DNA of 63,149 nt, filler included, from Hyphochytrium catenoides (lineage: Eukaryota; Protista; Hyphochytriomycota): assembly GCA_900088475.1 (NCBI GenBank). It is 16 parts of 16 records of this genome, joined end to end, with 100 filler letters (N's around TTAATTAATTAA, not from the genome) between each part and the next. Parts side by side here need not be neighbours in the genome. Positions count along the whole stretch, not along the records: positions 22,763 to 27,528 come from FLMG01001000.1; positions 27,629 to 30,274 come from FLMG01001034.1; positions 30,375 to 32,685 come from FLMG01001048.1; positions 32,786 to 36,044 come from FLMG01003639.1; positions 36,145 to 37,448 come from FLMG01004163.1; 11 more parts are not named here. The stretch is one strand, 5' to 3'. A program made the position numbers and the translations under genes. The notes beneath the pieces were generated by a model. That model saw only the letters and a program-made list of their open reading frames with translations, did not search any database and was not told the origin of the DNA. Below, piece by piece: positions 24,438-36,275 of the stretch; within the stretch, counting starts at the first letter, position 1, and every line of letters begins with the position of its first letter.

Positions 24438-26220
24438 TCAGTGTGTCATCAACGAAGCCAGAGATGATTGTTGGTTTGGAACCATCGTTGGAATTGCGAA
24501 TATAGACGCATGGCTCGCAGAGACTGGGTTCAAAACCATGAACACGCAGATTCCGTCGAGGACTTTATTCCATTGCCGGGGACTTTGTTTGAGGCCATAG
24601 ATACTCTCCTTGAGCTTGCAGACCATGTTCTTCTTCGTTCCAGGTTGCTCGAAGCCAGGAGGCTGACGCATATATATCGTCTCTTCCAAATCGCCATGGA
24701 GAAAGGCTGTTTTGATGTCAACGTGGTGGATCTCGAGATCATATGTGGCTGCCAATGAGAGAAGACATCGTACTGACTCATAACTGACGACAGGTTCAAA
24801 AACTTCATTGTAATCAACTCCAAACTTCTGGCTGTAACCTTGGGCTACCAGACGAGCTTTGTAGCGGTCGAGACTGCCATCGCTATTAAACTTGGTGCGG
24901 AGAACCCTTTACACCCGATCACATTGGCGTCCGGTGGCCGCTCAACAAGCTCCCAGACATCATGTTGTTCCATCGAGGCCAACTCGCTAGCAATAGCAGC
25001 GCTCATTCTTCGGCGTGAGGTCCACTTATTGCCTCTTTGATGGTTCGCGGGTCAGATGCTGTCTCGGTGTTGTTAACCGCACGAGAGATGGAATCTTCCT
25101 ATTGTAGGCGGCTTCGTAGCAGTGGGATAGGAGAAGGTTGAATGGCCATAGGTGGAGAGTGAGAACGTTCTTCTCCGGGGGTAATCTACTTTGGATTGAA
25201 TCTACCAGTGGTAGTGTATCCAGTGTATTTTACTAGTGGACGAGAGTGTTGTGATCTGCATTTCGTGAAGGTAGGATCTCTTCTTCTTCATCTTCGGTGT
25301 CGTCTTCCGTACACCGAATCTCTCCCCCTCGGCGTTGTCAAGGTTGGCTGGAACAGATATGTCTGTTGTTACTTCGAAGCGGGCCCATCTCTTAGTTGGG
25401 TTTTTGGATCTGACTGGAGCTGGAGTCGCGTCGTGGGCTTCATTTAGTATCTCAAAGAGTATGCCAACGTCCTCGGGTGGGGATGATGTTTCGACGTATC
25501 CGTTCCGGTTCTCGTTGAATGCGACATCACGCCTTTCAATGATTCTCTTTGTCTCTGGATCATGTAAGCGATACACTTTTGGATGATCTGCATAACCCAC
25601 GAAGACATAATAGTACTTAGCCTTAGCATCCATCTTAGTCCGTTCCTGGTCAAGGATGAGACCATAAGCTTGACAACCGAAGACACGCAGATGACTCAAG
25701 TCAGGATTTGTACCCTCCCACATTTTATAGGGTGTGTTGTCCTTGTTGAGTGCTGAGGTGGGATACACGTTTCCAAGGTGAGCTGTTGTTTTAAGGGCTT
25801 CTCCTCAAAACGATAAGGAACTTTTGCAACGTGGAGCATGCAGTGAGCGGACCCCACAAGACTGCGCTGTTTACGTCCGGCGACCCCATTTTTGCTGGAA
25901 TACGGGGCTGTGAGTTCATGGATGGACTATTCCACGTGTTTTACAGTACTCCTTCATGGCTTAAGAGCAGTATTCTCCGCCTCGATCGGTTCGAATTTTC
26001 TGGAGTTTACATCCAGTTTGTCGTTCCGCTAGTCGCACAAACGTGTCCAGGTGAGTATTTCACTTCATCTTTAGATTTCATCAAGTAGAGAAACGTCCGC
26101 CGGGTGTGATTATCTGCGAAGACAACATAGTAGCGGTGTCCTCCTAGGCTAAGGGTATTGACAACTCCCACATCGGAGTGAACTAGCTCCAGGGGTATTG
26201 AAGCTCTGCGAGTCGCTTTC
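24438..26220 (-). mobile_element. Decayed Ty1/Copia pol (integrase followed by reverse transcriptase)
   Basis: PLELVHSDV...GGHRYYVVFAD, TPYKMWEGTNPDLSHLRVFGCQAY, RIIERRDVAFNE, RYKARLVAQGYSQ, LEIHHVDIKTAFLHGDLEETIYMRQPPGF...LKESIYGLKQSPRQWN. Contains frameshifts and stops; integrase precedes RT, the Copia order. Confidence 0.93.
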
Positions 26221-26252
26221 TTAGGGTTAGGTTAGGCTAACCCTAACCCTAA
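26221..26252. repeat. Short head-to-head telomere-like repeat (TTAGGG)n/(CCCTAA)n
   Basis: TTAGGGTTAGGTTAGG-CTAACCCTAACCCTAA. Confidence 0.75.
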
Positions 26253-26291
26253 GCAGGTGTACGCTCCGAGCGATTTAACTCGGGCAATATA

Positions 26292-26619
26292 TGTTGGAGT
26301 CTGAGGGCACAGCTATGTGGCCTACAAGCTGGCAAGCTTAACTACCAAAGTTTCAGCTCTAAACCCCCCCCCAGTAGAAGCCGAGATATGAAGTAAAGGA
26401 AATGTCCCTGTTTATATCTATGGCTTATGGTCAGCACCCCAGGATACCTCCAGGACTGACTATTCTAGACAGAGATATCTCTATAACTCCATATCTTAGA
26501 CTATATTAGGAATAGTTGGCATAGTCAGAATAGCCCTAGTTTATGGGACCCCAGTTGGGCTTATAAGTAGAGCACTCTCATCTAATGACATTGTCCAATC
26601 ATCCCATACAAATCCAACA
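26292..26619 (+). mobile_element. Solo LTR (family A, about 325 bp) with 5-bp TSD ATATA
   Basis: Termini TGTTGGA...TCCAACA, flanked by ATATA at 26287-26291 and 26620-26624. Near-identical to 36544-36865. Strand is nominal. Confidence 0.88.
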
Positions 26620-26711
26620 ATATAGTGAGCCATTCTGTTCTGTGACCACGGATGACCATCACAGTTCCATTTGAATCTAGAGCTTACAGAGTTCTCTAGA
26701 TTCCGGGGGAG

Positions 26712-26963
26712 TGTTAAACTGTGATCGACGTTGAAACCAAAAAGTGTACAGCGGACGACGCAGAGGGGAAGAACCCCTGGTATATAAACAAAACGGAGAT
26801 TAGTCAAGAGTACGTTTGGTGTATGGTGCATACTGGTTAGGGTGTCGGCATCAAATACAAGAGGTCCTGGGTTCAAATCCCGGAGCGTACAAAACTTTTC
26901 TCCGGTCTAGACACCCGCCAATATTAATTCAAAGTGCTCACCATCCAATAATAAAACCTAACA
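26712..26963 (+). mobile_element. LTR-like unit (family B, about 252 bp) with embedded tRNA-like cassette (copy 2)
   Basis: Preceded by Copia-type PPT GGGGGAG; termini TGTTA...TAACA; followed immediately by PBS-like TGGTGACAGCG (26964-26974). Confidence 0.7.
26810..26891 (+). tRNA. tRNA-like sequence or pseudogene inside the LTR-like unit
   Basis: GTACGTT...AGCGTAC-A acceptor stem, A-box-like TGGTGTATGG, B box GGTTCAAATCC, TATATAAA about 30 bp upstream, TTTT at 26896-26899. Confidence 0.55.
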
Positions 26964-27130
26964 TGGTGACAGCGATATTGTGCGGATGAAGTCCGCCTTC
27001 CTTTGATGTCATTGTATGCGACAGGATCGTCACTCTAGCAGCTCAACTGAGAAGAGGAGAAGCAACAGTCACGATCAAGAGGAGAAGCAACAGTCACGAC
27101 CAACTGCGAGCGACGATCCTGTCGCATACA

Positions 27131-27528
27131 ATGACATCAAAGGAAGGCGGACTTCATCCGCACAATATCGCTGTTCTACACAGCAAGGACCAGTATTCTA
27201 TCTGGCCAAACCGGGTTCGAAGTTACATGCGTCAACCACCGGACTTTGCAACCCCGGGACAAGAAGATCACGTCAGGAGGTTGAAGAAGTCGATATGTGG
27301 TCGCCGCCAGAGCCCCAAGATGTGGAATGACACGCTGCACCATTATCTGATTGAGCAAAAAGGGTTCCAGCGCAGCGTTTGTGACTTTGGGGTATACGTC
27401 AAGCGCCACTCTTCGAGACCTGACCTTGAGATCGTCGGCGTCTTCGTTGATGACATGCTCCTCTTTGCTCCCACCACCGAGCTAATTGCAGGTCTCAAGA
27501 CTATGCTGTCTGCTCGTTGCTCCATCAC
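27131..27528 (+). mobile_element. Decayed Copia RT fragment
   Basis: YMRQPPDF...LKKSICGRRQSPKMWNDTL...GFQRSVCDFGVY...IVGVFVDDML (YVDD equivalent). Confidence 0.88.
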
Positions 27529-28129
27529 NNNNNNNNNNNNNNNNNNNNNNNNNNNNNNNNNNNNNNNNNNNNTTAATTAATTAANNNNNNNNNNNNNNNN
27601 NNNNNNNNNNNNNNNNNNNNNNNNNNNNAGGCCAAGGGCCCCCCGGCACCGCGACAGCGGGCCTGCTACTTATTCATACAGTAGTGTGATTGAAGTGATG
27701 GATTTCAGGAGATGCACTGAAGACTGAAGACGATCGACGTGTGAGCCGCACTGAAATAGGGTGTCTGACTCTCTGGTAAACTGTCTCTCTCTCTCTCTCT
27801 CTCTCTCTGCTGGCAAAGCTGTCTCTCTCTCTCTCTCTCTCTCTGGCAAAGCTGTCTCGCTCTGGCAAGCTGTCTCTCTGGCAAGCTGACGCAGACGGTA
27901 TTATTAGTTCTTCTTTGGATTATGCGAGAAAATGGCTTAATCTCTAATCGACCGAGGACGAATACGTTGCTTTTCCTCATCAGAAATTTGCTAGGGTGTC
28001 TGGAGAAAGGGTTTCCAAAGAAATAAAAAGACGATTCTCGGACAATAAACAGAACTGCATTTTACCATCTCTTGGGTGGTATGGAAAGTTGCGGTAAATG
28101 AGTCCCACGCTTCGATAACGAACTGACGC

Positions 28130-28708
28130 TACGAGGTGACTTCAAGATATTATCCTCTTCTTGGAGATGCAGAAAGCTGGCTTTCGCGTGACTAAGGGGA
28201 CTAACCACCTTCTACCGGGTAGTCAGCAACGGCCTGATGACGTCGTTGTGTCGGGCTTCTCTTTGCCTTACTCTCCTATCACTTGCTTTGACATTTCAGT
28301 TACGGCTACGCTGCAGCAAAGATCTTTAAATAGGCGTGTCGTTCCGGTTATCAAGCTTTTGTAAGAGAGAAGGCGAAATTCAGGAAGTTCCTGCAGAAAT
28401 GTCGGGCTGTCCGGATCGACTTTATTCCGTTGGTTTGGGAATCTTTTGTTGGTGCTGTGCAGCCTGTGCATGACACCATTACGAGGATTGTGAAGCGGCA
28501 AGGAGAGCGGCGTTTAATTGCTTCTTCTTCTTCTTCATGCACATGTTTACCAGTGAAGCAGAGCGTCTATGCTCGACTTTCCACGGTTCTTCATAAAGAG
28601 AATGCTTCGCAAATTCTGGCTAGGTCTTCTGAGGCTGATCGGACGCGATTGGACTATTTTCCGTCGTCATTCACTGGTGATGGTGTTGTTGTTGACCGAC
28701 GCAGATGA
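28130..28708 (+). mobile_element. Decayed restriction-like endonuclease C-terminus of a CRE-like non-LTR retrotransposon
   Basis: QRPDDVVV...CFDISVT...KFRKFLQKC...DFIPLVWESFVG...YARLSTVLHKENASQILAR, with a frameshift. Confidence 0.72.
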
Positions 28709-29039
28709 TCTGCCTCCCGTCCATCCTCCTTCTTGTTCTTGTTCCCCTCCTCCTCTTCTTTCTTCTTCTTCTCTTCCTCTTCTGGTCGATGTTGATGGTA
28801 CTTCTCCTCACCATCTTTCGATCGCCTTAGTGTGATCGGGTGATGATGATTGCTTGTGACTCCTCTCTTTTTCTTCTTACATAACCTACATAAAAAAACA
28901 ATATTGAGTGACGTTGATCTCATTAATCATAATCTCGATGTTCTTCATCATTTGTTCGGTCTTGCAATAGTAATGCATCAATCTCTTCTTGCCGTGCTGG
29001 ATGTAAGAACAGTAGTAGCGAAATCCATCCTCATACCTT

Positions 29040-29430
29040 CGTTTGTCAGTTTTTTCCGCGATTGCGAGTTGAAGGCATTCTTAAAGTCAACCTTCGACAT
29101 GACCTTATCCTCGTCGTCACCAAGCTCAGCGACGACCTTGCGGACAGCATGAATGATACCTTCTGCGCCGGAAGGACCGCAACGCCTACCTGGAGGGGAG
29201 AGAAGAGGGACAAAGCTTGAGACTTCACCATGTCACAGCAGCACTTTGACACCAATCGCCGGAGAGTTTCGCCAACGGCGATGGGGCGAGGGCCGCCATC
29301 CTTCTTGGTCAAACCAAACAGTGGAGCACCCGCGAGAAAGGGAGAAAGATCCGGGGGAGCAAGGCCCTGGGCCAGGAGAGATGTCAGTGCTGACAGAGAA
29401 TGGCAAAGGGCTTCGCGAAAAATATAAAAA
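29040..29430 (-). mobile_element. Decayed RT of a CRE-like non-LTR retrotransposon
   Basis: LAGAPLFGLTKKDGGPRPIAVGETLRRLVSK...PLQVGVAV, then frameshift, then AEGIIHAVR...KVDFKNAFNS. Confidence 0.85.
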
Positions 29431-31257
29431 AGTAAGGGGGTAGGCGGGTTAGTATATAAAAGTGATAAATGTATTGTTATATGTATATCTCCTCTGACGG
29501 CTGCTAACCACCTGTTTGCGCCATGGATCGGCCGGTGTATGGGAGATGACCTCTCCTCTTTGAGAGGACTCTCAGGGCGGGTAGTCCCGACTAGAGTCAG
29601 CAACGAATGGCTCTGATGAGGGATGCTCTCTTCCTTTTCCCTTTCTTCTCTCTTTCTCTTTGCATGTTATTAGAATAGCCCTTTGACACTACCTCTCTTG
29701 CATGTTACTCTTTTATCTTTGCATTCTCAGGTAGACTGACTCTCTCGCAAGAGAGATTCCCTCTTACCCTCTATATCTTAGTTAATAAACTTCTTTCTGA
29801 AGTAGAAGACCCTTTGCTACTGGCGCGTGTTTCCGCGAAGTCTTCCTCTGCGTGGTGCTTGTCTGAACTGAGGCCTGGCCAGCCAAGGTACAGACAGAGC
29901 ACCTTCTTTCTCTCACTCACTCTCTTGAGAGCTGCATCAGTCTCTCATATTACATGTATAAATGGAATTTTTACCTAGCTGGACATGGACACCTGGCCCG
30001 CATTTATCTGAATTCATAACATCAAGGGTGTTCCATAACTGATCTCGTCGCTTCTGACAACGGGAATAGAGGTGGTCACCTTACTTTTGAAACTCGGCGA
30101 TGTGTGTATTTCTTGAAAAACCGTGGTGAGCATGATGATTAGAACGTTGCTTCACCAATCAGCATTCATAATGCTTTGGTGAAACATCTCCATCTTGTCA
30201 TCCAACGACACTTCCGTCCAGAAATCTTCAAAGTCATACGATGCGTCGATCCTGTTCTTCTTCAAGGCAATCATNNNNNNNNNNNNNNNNNNNNNNNNNN
30301 NNNNNNNNNNNNNNNNNNTTAATTAATTAANNNNNNNNNNNNNNNNNNNNNNNNNNNNNNNNNNNNNNNNNNNNGAGAGAGAGAGAGAGAGAGAGAAAGG
30401 GAGAGAGAGGGAATGTGGGTTAACGTGACAGTGAGGAGAATGAGAGGATTAGAGGAAGAAGAAAGAGTGGTGGAAGAAAAACAGATTAGAGGAAGAGAAG
30501 GGAGAGAGAGAGAGAGAGAGAATGGCATAGAGAGAAAAGGAGAGAGAGTGTGTGTGTGAGAGAGAGAGAGATCGGAGAGTACTTTAGGGAAACAGTTAAA
30601 AGCAAATGAAGGAGAGCATAAGAAAGTACAAGGGGAGACCTTAAGGATTGATACTCCGTAGCAAGAGAGAGGGGAACATGTGGAGAGAGAGAGAGAGAGA
30701 GAGAACCTCGCGAAATCGACAGAAAAAGGGAAAGAAGAGAGAGGCAGAGCGAGAGCGAGAGACTAAGTGAGAGAAAGAGAGAGAGAGAGAGAAAGAGGTG
30801 AGATCATGAGCTGTGTGGATGTTACCTGTTCTGCTGGTCTCTTCTTCTTTTTTCTTGTTGCTGAAGAGGCCAGCCATAATCCGATTCTTCCAGGCCTGGA
30901 AACGTGTCTCTTCTCTCTGTTTCTCCAGCTCTTTCTCTTCTTCTACTCTTTTTCTTTCTCTCTCCTCCGCTTCTATCTAAGAAGGAGATATGATGGTGAA
31001 GCGTAAGATAGAGAGTGTGTGTCTCCGGTGGCAACGAGAGAGAGAGAGAAGAAAGAAGGACATAGAGAAAGAAAAGAAAAGGAGAGGGAGGAGAAAGCAA
31101 GAGAGATGGAAAAAAAAGAATAAAAGAGAGATTCTGGGGCTGCCTACCCTTTCCTTCACGACACCGGAGAGGATGCCTCGCGCCTCGTCTTCCAGCTTCA
31201 TTGATCAAACAACGAAAGAAAGAGACAGACACAGAGAGAGAGTGAGAAAGAAAGAGA

Positions 31258-31288
<31 letters not shown>

Positions 31289-31449
31289 CAGGAGAAAGAG
31301 GCACGCATCACGTTATATTTGTGGGAAACCACGTTGTAGAGAGTAAGACAGAGGCGACAATATGACGTGAACAGGAGAGGAAGAAAAAACAAAGGAAAAG
31401 AGAGAGAAAACAAAGGAAAAGAGAGAGNNNNNNNNNNNNNNNNNNNNNN

Positions 31450-31481
<32 letters not shown>

Positions 31482-31515
31482 AACACGGCCGCCTCGAAAG
31501 GAAAGACCATAGAAT

Positions 31516-32380
31516 CTACAGAAGAGAGAGAGATCTCAGAGAGCCCCAGAAACAAATGGCGGTAGCCTCACTTGCTTTGGCTTCTCTTTCTCGTGCTTCT
31601 GCTTCAGAGCCTGCCATTGTTTTGTATGAGGCCATGAGAAGAGAGAAGGAGGAGTGAGAGACGCAGAGAGAGACAGGGGAGAGAGAGAGAGAGAGAGAGA
31701 TGGACACAGTCTCTGGAGGCAAGCGAGAACGAGACGACAGAGAGAGATGGAAGAGTGAAGACGAGACAGCTCGGAACTTTGGGAGGGACAAACCCGGGAA
31801 ACAGAGGGAAAGAGAGAGAGAGAGAGAAATAGAGAGAGAGAGAGAAACAGAGAGCGAGAGAGAGGGAGAAACAGAGAGAGAGAGAAACAGAGAGAGAGAG
31901 AAACAGAGAGAGAGAAAGAGAGAGGAGGAGAGAGAGAGAGAAAGAGAGAGAGGGAGAAAAATCTTGTGACAGAGTTCATAGAGGAGAAGGAAGAGTGTGG
32001 AGAATGGTGACCTTACCCAGCACTCTTCTTCTAACTTCCTAACTCTCTTTCTCTCTTCTTCGGAGAGTCTCTCTTCTTCAAAGGCCAGCAGCTTAGAGAG
32101 ACTCTGCACTTGCTCTCTTATTGTCATCCCTTCTCCCTTCCTTCCGCGAAGAGAGAGAGAGAGAGAAAGCTGCTCATAGTGAACCTTAGGCAGAAGGATC
32201 TTCTCCATGTGCAGGAGAGCGACAGCGTTGGAGGGAGGAGGACTCCATACGCCATAGTATTTCAGTACTTTCCGCAGATCGTCTCTTAGAGCGTCTTCTC
32301 CTTCTTCTCTCTTTCCTTTTTGCTTCTTTTCTCTCTCTTCTAAGCGCGTCTTCTCTCCTTCGGCCCCGGAATTTTTTACA
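31516..32380 (-). CDS. Unidentified multi-exon protein fragment (E/R/K-rich)
   Basis: Open exon DALRDDLRKVLKYYGVWSPPPS...EEECW with a GT donor near 32012 and a further exon SFSLLMASYKTMAG. No family recognised. Confidence 0.35.
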
Positions 32381-32469
32381 TCCTTTGGTTCTGAAGCAGA
32401 AGAGAAGGGTAGACGAGAGAGAACTTTATCCCTTTTCTCGGTGTCCTTTTGTCTCCTTTTCTGTTATCG

Positions 32470-32500
<31 letters not shown>

Positions 32501-32940
32501 CTGTCAACGTCACTGTCTTCCTCTCTCTCTCCTGTCAACATCCCTCTCTTTCTTTCCCTGTCGGTGTATGTGTCTTTTATCTGTCACTCTCCTACCTTCT
32601 TCTGTCTCCTGGAGGTGTCTCTCTCTTTCTCTCTCTCTCCCTCTTTCTCACATTGCCCGCTCTCTCCCATCTTGCGCCTCTCTTTNNNNNNNNNNNNNNN
32701 NNNNNNNNNNNNNNNNNNNNNNNNNNNNNTTAATTAATTAANNNNNNNNNNNNNNNNNNNNNNNNNNNNNNNNNNNNNNNNNNNNTCTCTCCGTTTCTCT
32801 GTCACCCTCTCAGTCTCGCTCCCTCTCTTTCTCTCTCTCTTGTCTCTCCCTCCCTCCCTCCCCTCCTCGCTCTGTATGTGTCTCTCTCTTCCTCTCACAT
32901 GCTCTCTTCTCACCTGCTGTTCCGTCCTTCTCTCTGGTAG

Positions 32941-35900
32941 GTACATTATCGATCCCACAGCTAAGCGGCAAAAGGTCTTGGCGGAGAAGGAGAGAGCAGC
33001 GACGGTGGATGATAAGCTTGAAGGGTAAACAGAGCCAGAACTTCTGTCCATGCGTACTTCTCTCTTACTATGATCCGCTTGAGAGCCCGTTGAACTTGTC
33101 TCTCGCCTGTGCTTTAGTTCTCAGCAGTCTTTTTCTCTGCACTTGAGAAGAGATGTATTCCTTTGTCTCTTGCTCTCTAGTCCTCAGGCGTACCTCACGC
33201 ATCAATCCTAGGTTCACACACTCTCTCTCTTACTTTCTCTCTTACTTTCTCTCTTTCTTTCTCTCTTTCCTCTCTCTTACTCTCCTCTCTCTTAGTCTCC
33301 CTCTCTCTTTCTCTAGCTGTGCTCTCTCTAAGCTATCTACCTATCTCTCTCTCTCATATCTTTCTCGCTTTCTCTTCGCCGTCGCATATTTCTAAATCTC
33401 CATCTCTCTTGGTTACCGACCCTCTCGGCTCACGTTCTTTCTCTTCCTCTTTCACCTCTTTCTCTTGTACCCATCATCGCGTCTGCAGTCTTAGCAGCGC
33501 GGTAGGAGATCCGAACTCTCAAGCGACAGAAAAGGGAGATAACGTTCCTGCAGCGCCTTCTGTCCCATACCATAGCAGAGAGGCGAAGAAGGGCTTCAAA
33601 AAGAGAGGACGAGACGATGGAGAAAGACCGTCTCTCAACCTCTGCAAGCATATTAATCATGGAGAAGACTGTCCATATGGTTCTCTCTGTCGCTACTCAC
33701 ACGATGTCGCTCTCTTTCTCTCTCAACGGCCCCCGGACTTAGAGGGAGACTGCATCTTCTTCCAGAAGAGAGGGTACTGCCCCTTCGGGTTCAGCTGTAG
33801 ATTTGGCCGACAGCACATTGACTTCGAGAAAAAGAAGATAATCAGGAGAGACAGGGAAGAGAAGAAGGATAGTGCAGAAAAGACGGACGAAGCGACGAAG
33901 AAAGGCCAGAAGAATGGTGAAGATGAAGAGGAGAATCTTGCTAACTATAGCGGAGAGCTGAACATTCTATCAAGAAAGCTGCAAACCTCATTGAGAAAGA
34001 AGAAGTATCCTTTCCTCTGTGCGCCCATGAAGAGAGAGAAAGGTGCAAAAGTTCCAGAGGAGGAGAGAGAGGAGAGAAAGGCGATTGTCCATTATTTCCC
34101 AGATCCCGCGGACACTATTCTGCTACCGGAGCCAAAAAGCATCGACTTCAAGGGAAAGATCTACATTGCTCCTCTCACGACAGTGGGAAACCTCCCCTTC
34201 AGAAGGTAGAGATCTGGCTCCCTGTCTCTCTCTCCATCCCGGGTACCTCTTCCCCTTGGGTAGGCTTCTGCTTAGACCTGTTCGTGACGTTCTACGTTAT
34301 CTCCTCTTTCCTCATAAATCTTGGCGTCCTGCGCCTTCTTTGCTGCATGCCAATCTTTTTCTGTTTACATGTTCTCGCTAAGTCTTCTCTCTCTTTTTGT
34401 CCAGGATCCTTAAGCACTTTGGTGCAGACATTACGTGCGGTGAGATGGCGATGGCACAGAATTTGATCAACGGCCACACGCCTGAGTGGGCGCTCCTCAA
34501 GCGGCACCCTTGTGAGGACATCTTTGGTGTCCAGATTGCAGGAGGGAAGACCGACATTGTTGCGAGAGCTGCAGAACTCTTGGGCAGAGAGACAGAAATT
34601 GACTTTATAGACCTGAATGTCGGCTGCCCCATAGACTTAGTTTGCGATGCAGGAGCTGGTGCTTGTCTCATGAACAGAGAGAAGAGACTGGAGACGATTG
34701 TCCGCAGTGTTTCCGCCGTTCTTCACCTTTCTACACCGCTTAGGAGAGAAGTGCCTCTCTTGACGGTTAAGATGAGGACAGGCTGGGACAACAAGGTATC
34801 TAAAGGCTCTCTAAGTGCTAGATGGATTACCTGTTTAGAGCGAGAGAGGGGTGTGCTTTGAGACGGAGCGGAAGCGGAGAGGAAGAGAAAAGACGAAGAG
34901 GAGAGACAGGGAGTCGTAACAGCCTATCCCACTTGGAAGCGAGACGCTACAGAGAGAGAATAGGCACAGACCTAGGGTAGCATCCAAGAGCGTGGACCTT
35001 TACTTTCATCTTCCTTATGCGTTATCCTCTCCTTACATTTAGCGCCCGCTGGCCCACACATTGGCTCCGCATGTTGCTTCTTGGACACCAGAGTTCCTTG
35101 GCGTATCGAATCCTCTTCAGCTGCCCGACAGCGTGAAGCTGCAGCTAAAAGAAAGGCAAGCCGCGTCTGCGCTCACGATTCACGGCAGGTCTAGGCTGCA
35201 GCGCTATACAAAGCTGGCGGATTGGTAAGAACCTTGTGGGGTATGCATATCATTGCTTCTTCCGGCTGCGGCTCTATCTTTCCGTTCTTTGTCAGCGTCT
35301 CCTCATTCCTTCCTTGTCATCACATATTATCTCTTCTCTCTTCCTTACCATCTTCGGTACGGTCTCCCTATCCCTCTCTTCTGTCCTGGTGCTCCACAAG
35401 TTGACCATAGTATTACCGTGGTGCAGGAATTACATTCAGCAATGCTCAAAGGCAGTGCGGCAAGAGTGTCCTGACGCAAAGCTCCAGATTATTGGAAACG
35501 GGGACATCATCTCCTTCACTGACTGGGAGCAACAAATGCAGACTGGGGCGGTGGACACCTGCATGCTTGCAAGGGGAGCACTCATGAAGGTAAGAGCCAC
35601 CTGAGAGGCAAGAAGGCGGGGTAAACACGGGTCCACACCGCTAGACTCCCGCCGGCAAGTGCACGGCCTGAATGTCGCATCAGAAAGTTCTGTTGCTTCT
35701 AGGAGGCAACACGAGGCGACAGCATGTGTAGAGAGGCTCTGACGATCCATATCTCCAGCCATGGCTTCCTCAGGAGATCAAGGAGAGGCGCCACATCGAC
35801 ATCTCTGCCTCAGAGAGGCTTGACATTCTGAAAGACTTTGTCAGGTTCGGACTGGAGCATTGGGGCTGCGACCACAAGGTAAGAGAATATTGCTTTGGTC

Positions 35901-36031
35901 TCGCTCCTAATATATAATGAGCTGCGGTAGCCCTGACATGCTCCCCATTCTAGGGTGTGAATAATACAAGGCGGTTTCTTCTAGAGTGGCTCTCTTTCCT
36001 CTGCCGCTATATACCAGTGGGGCTCCTAGAG
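32941..36031 (+). CDS. DUS3: tRNA-dihydrouridine(47) synthase DUS3, at least 7 exons, partial at both ends
   Basis: Two CCCH fingers, then [62 protein letters not shown]|[32 protein letters not shown]. Confidence 0.95.
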
Positions 36032-36275
36032 GTAATGAAGCGGTNNNNNNNNNNNNNNNNNNNNNNNNNNNNNNNNNNNNNNNNNNNNTTAATTAATTAA
36101 NNNNNNNNNNNNNNNNNNNNNNNNNNNNNNNNNNNNNNNNNNNNTCACCGTCATCACGAGACCAAGAACAAGGCTCATCCAGGATCATCATCATCAAAGA
36201 TTAAAGTTCGCGATCAATGGCCGGAGTGCCCATTTTGCGGAAGTCGGCGAACGAAGAGTGACTTTACCTTTAAAT

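Noticed and set aside
26810-26891. A functional canonical tRNA-Pro(AGG) gene
   Set aside because: The anticodon stem pairs poorly and the two copies differ in the D and anticodon regions, so it is reported as tRNA-like only.
29446-29954. Possible further LTR truncating the non-LTR RT
   Set aside because: It has an LTR-like composition and ends in TACA, but there is no second copy or TSD in the window.
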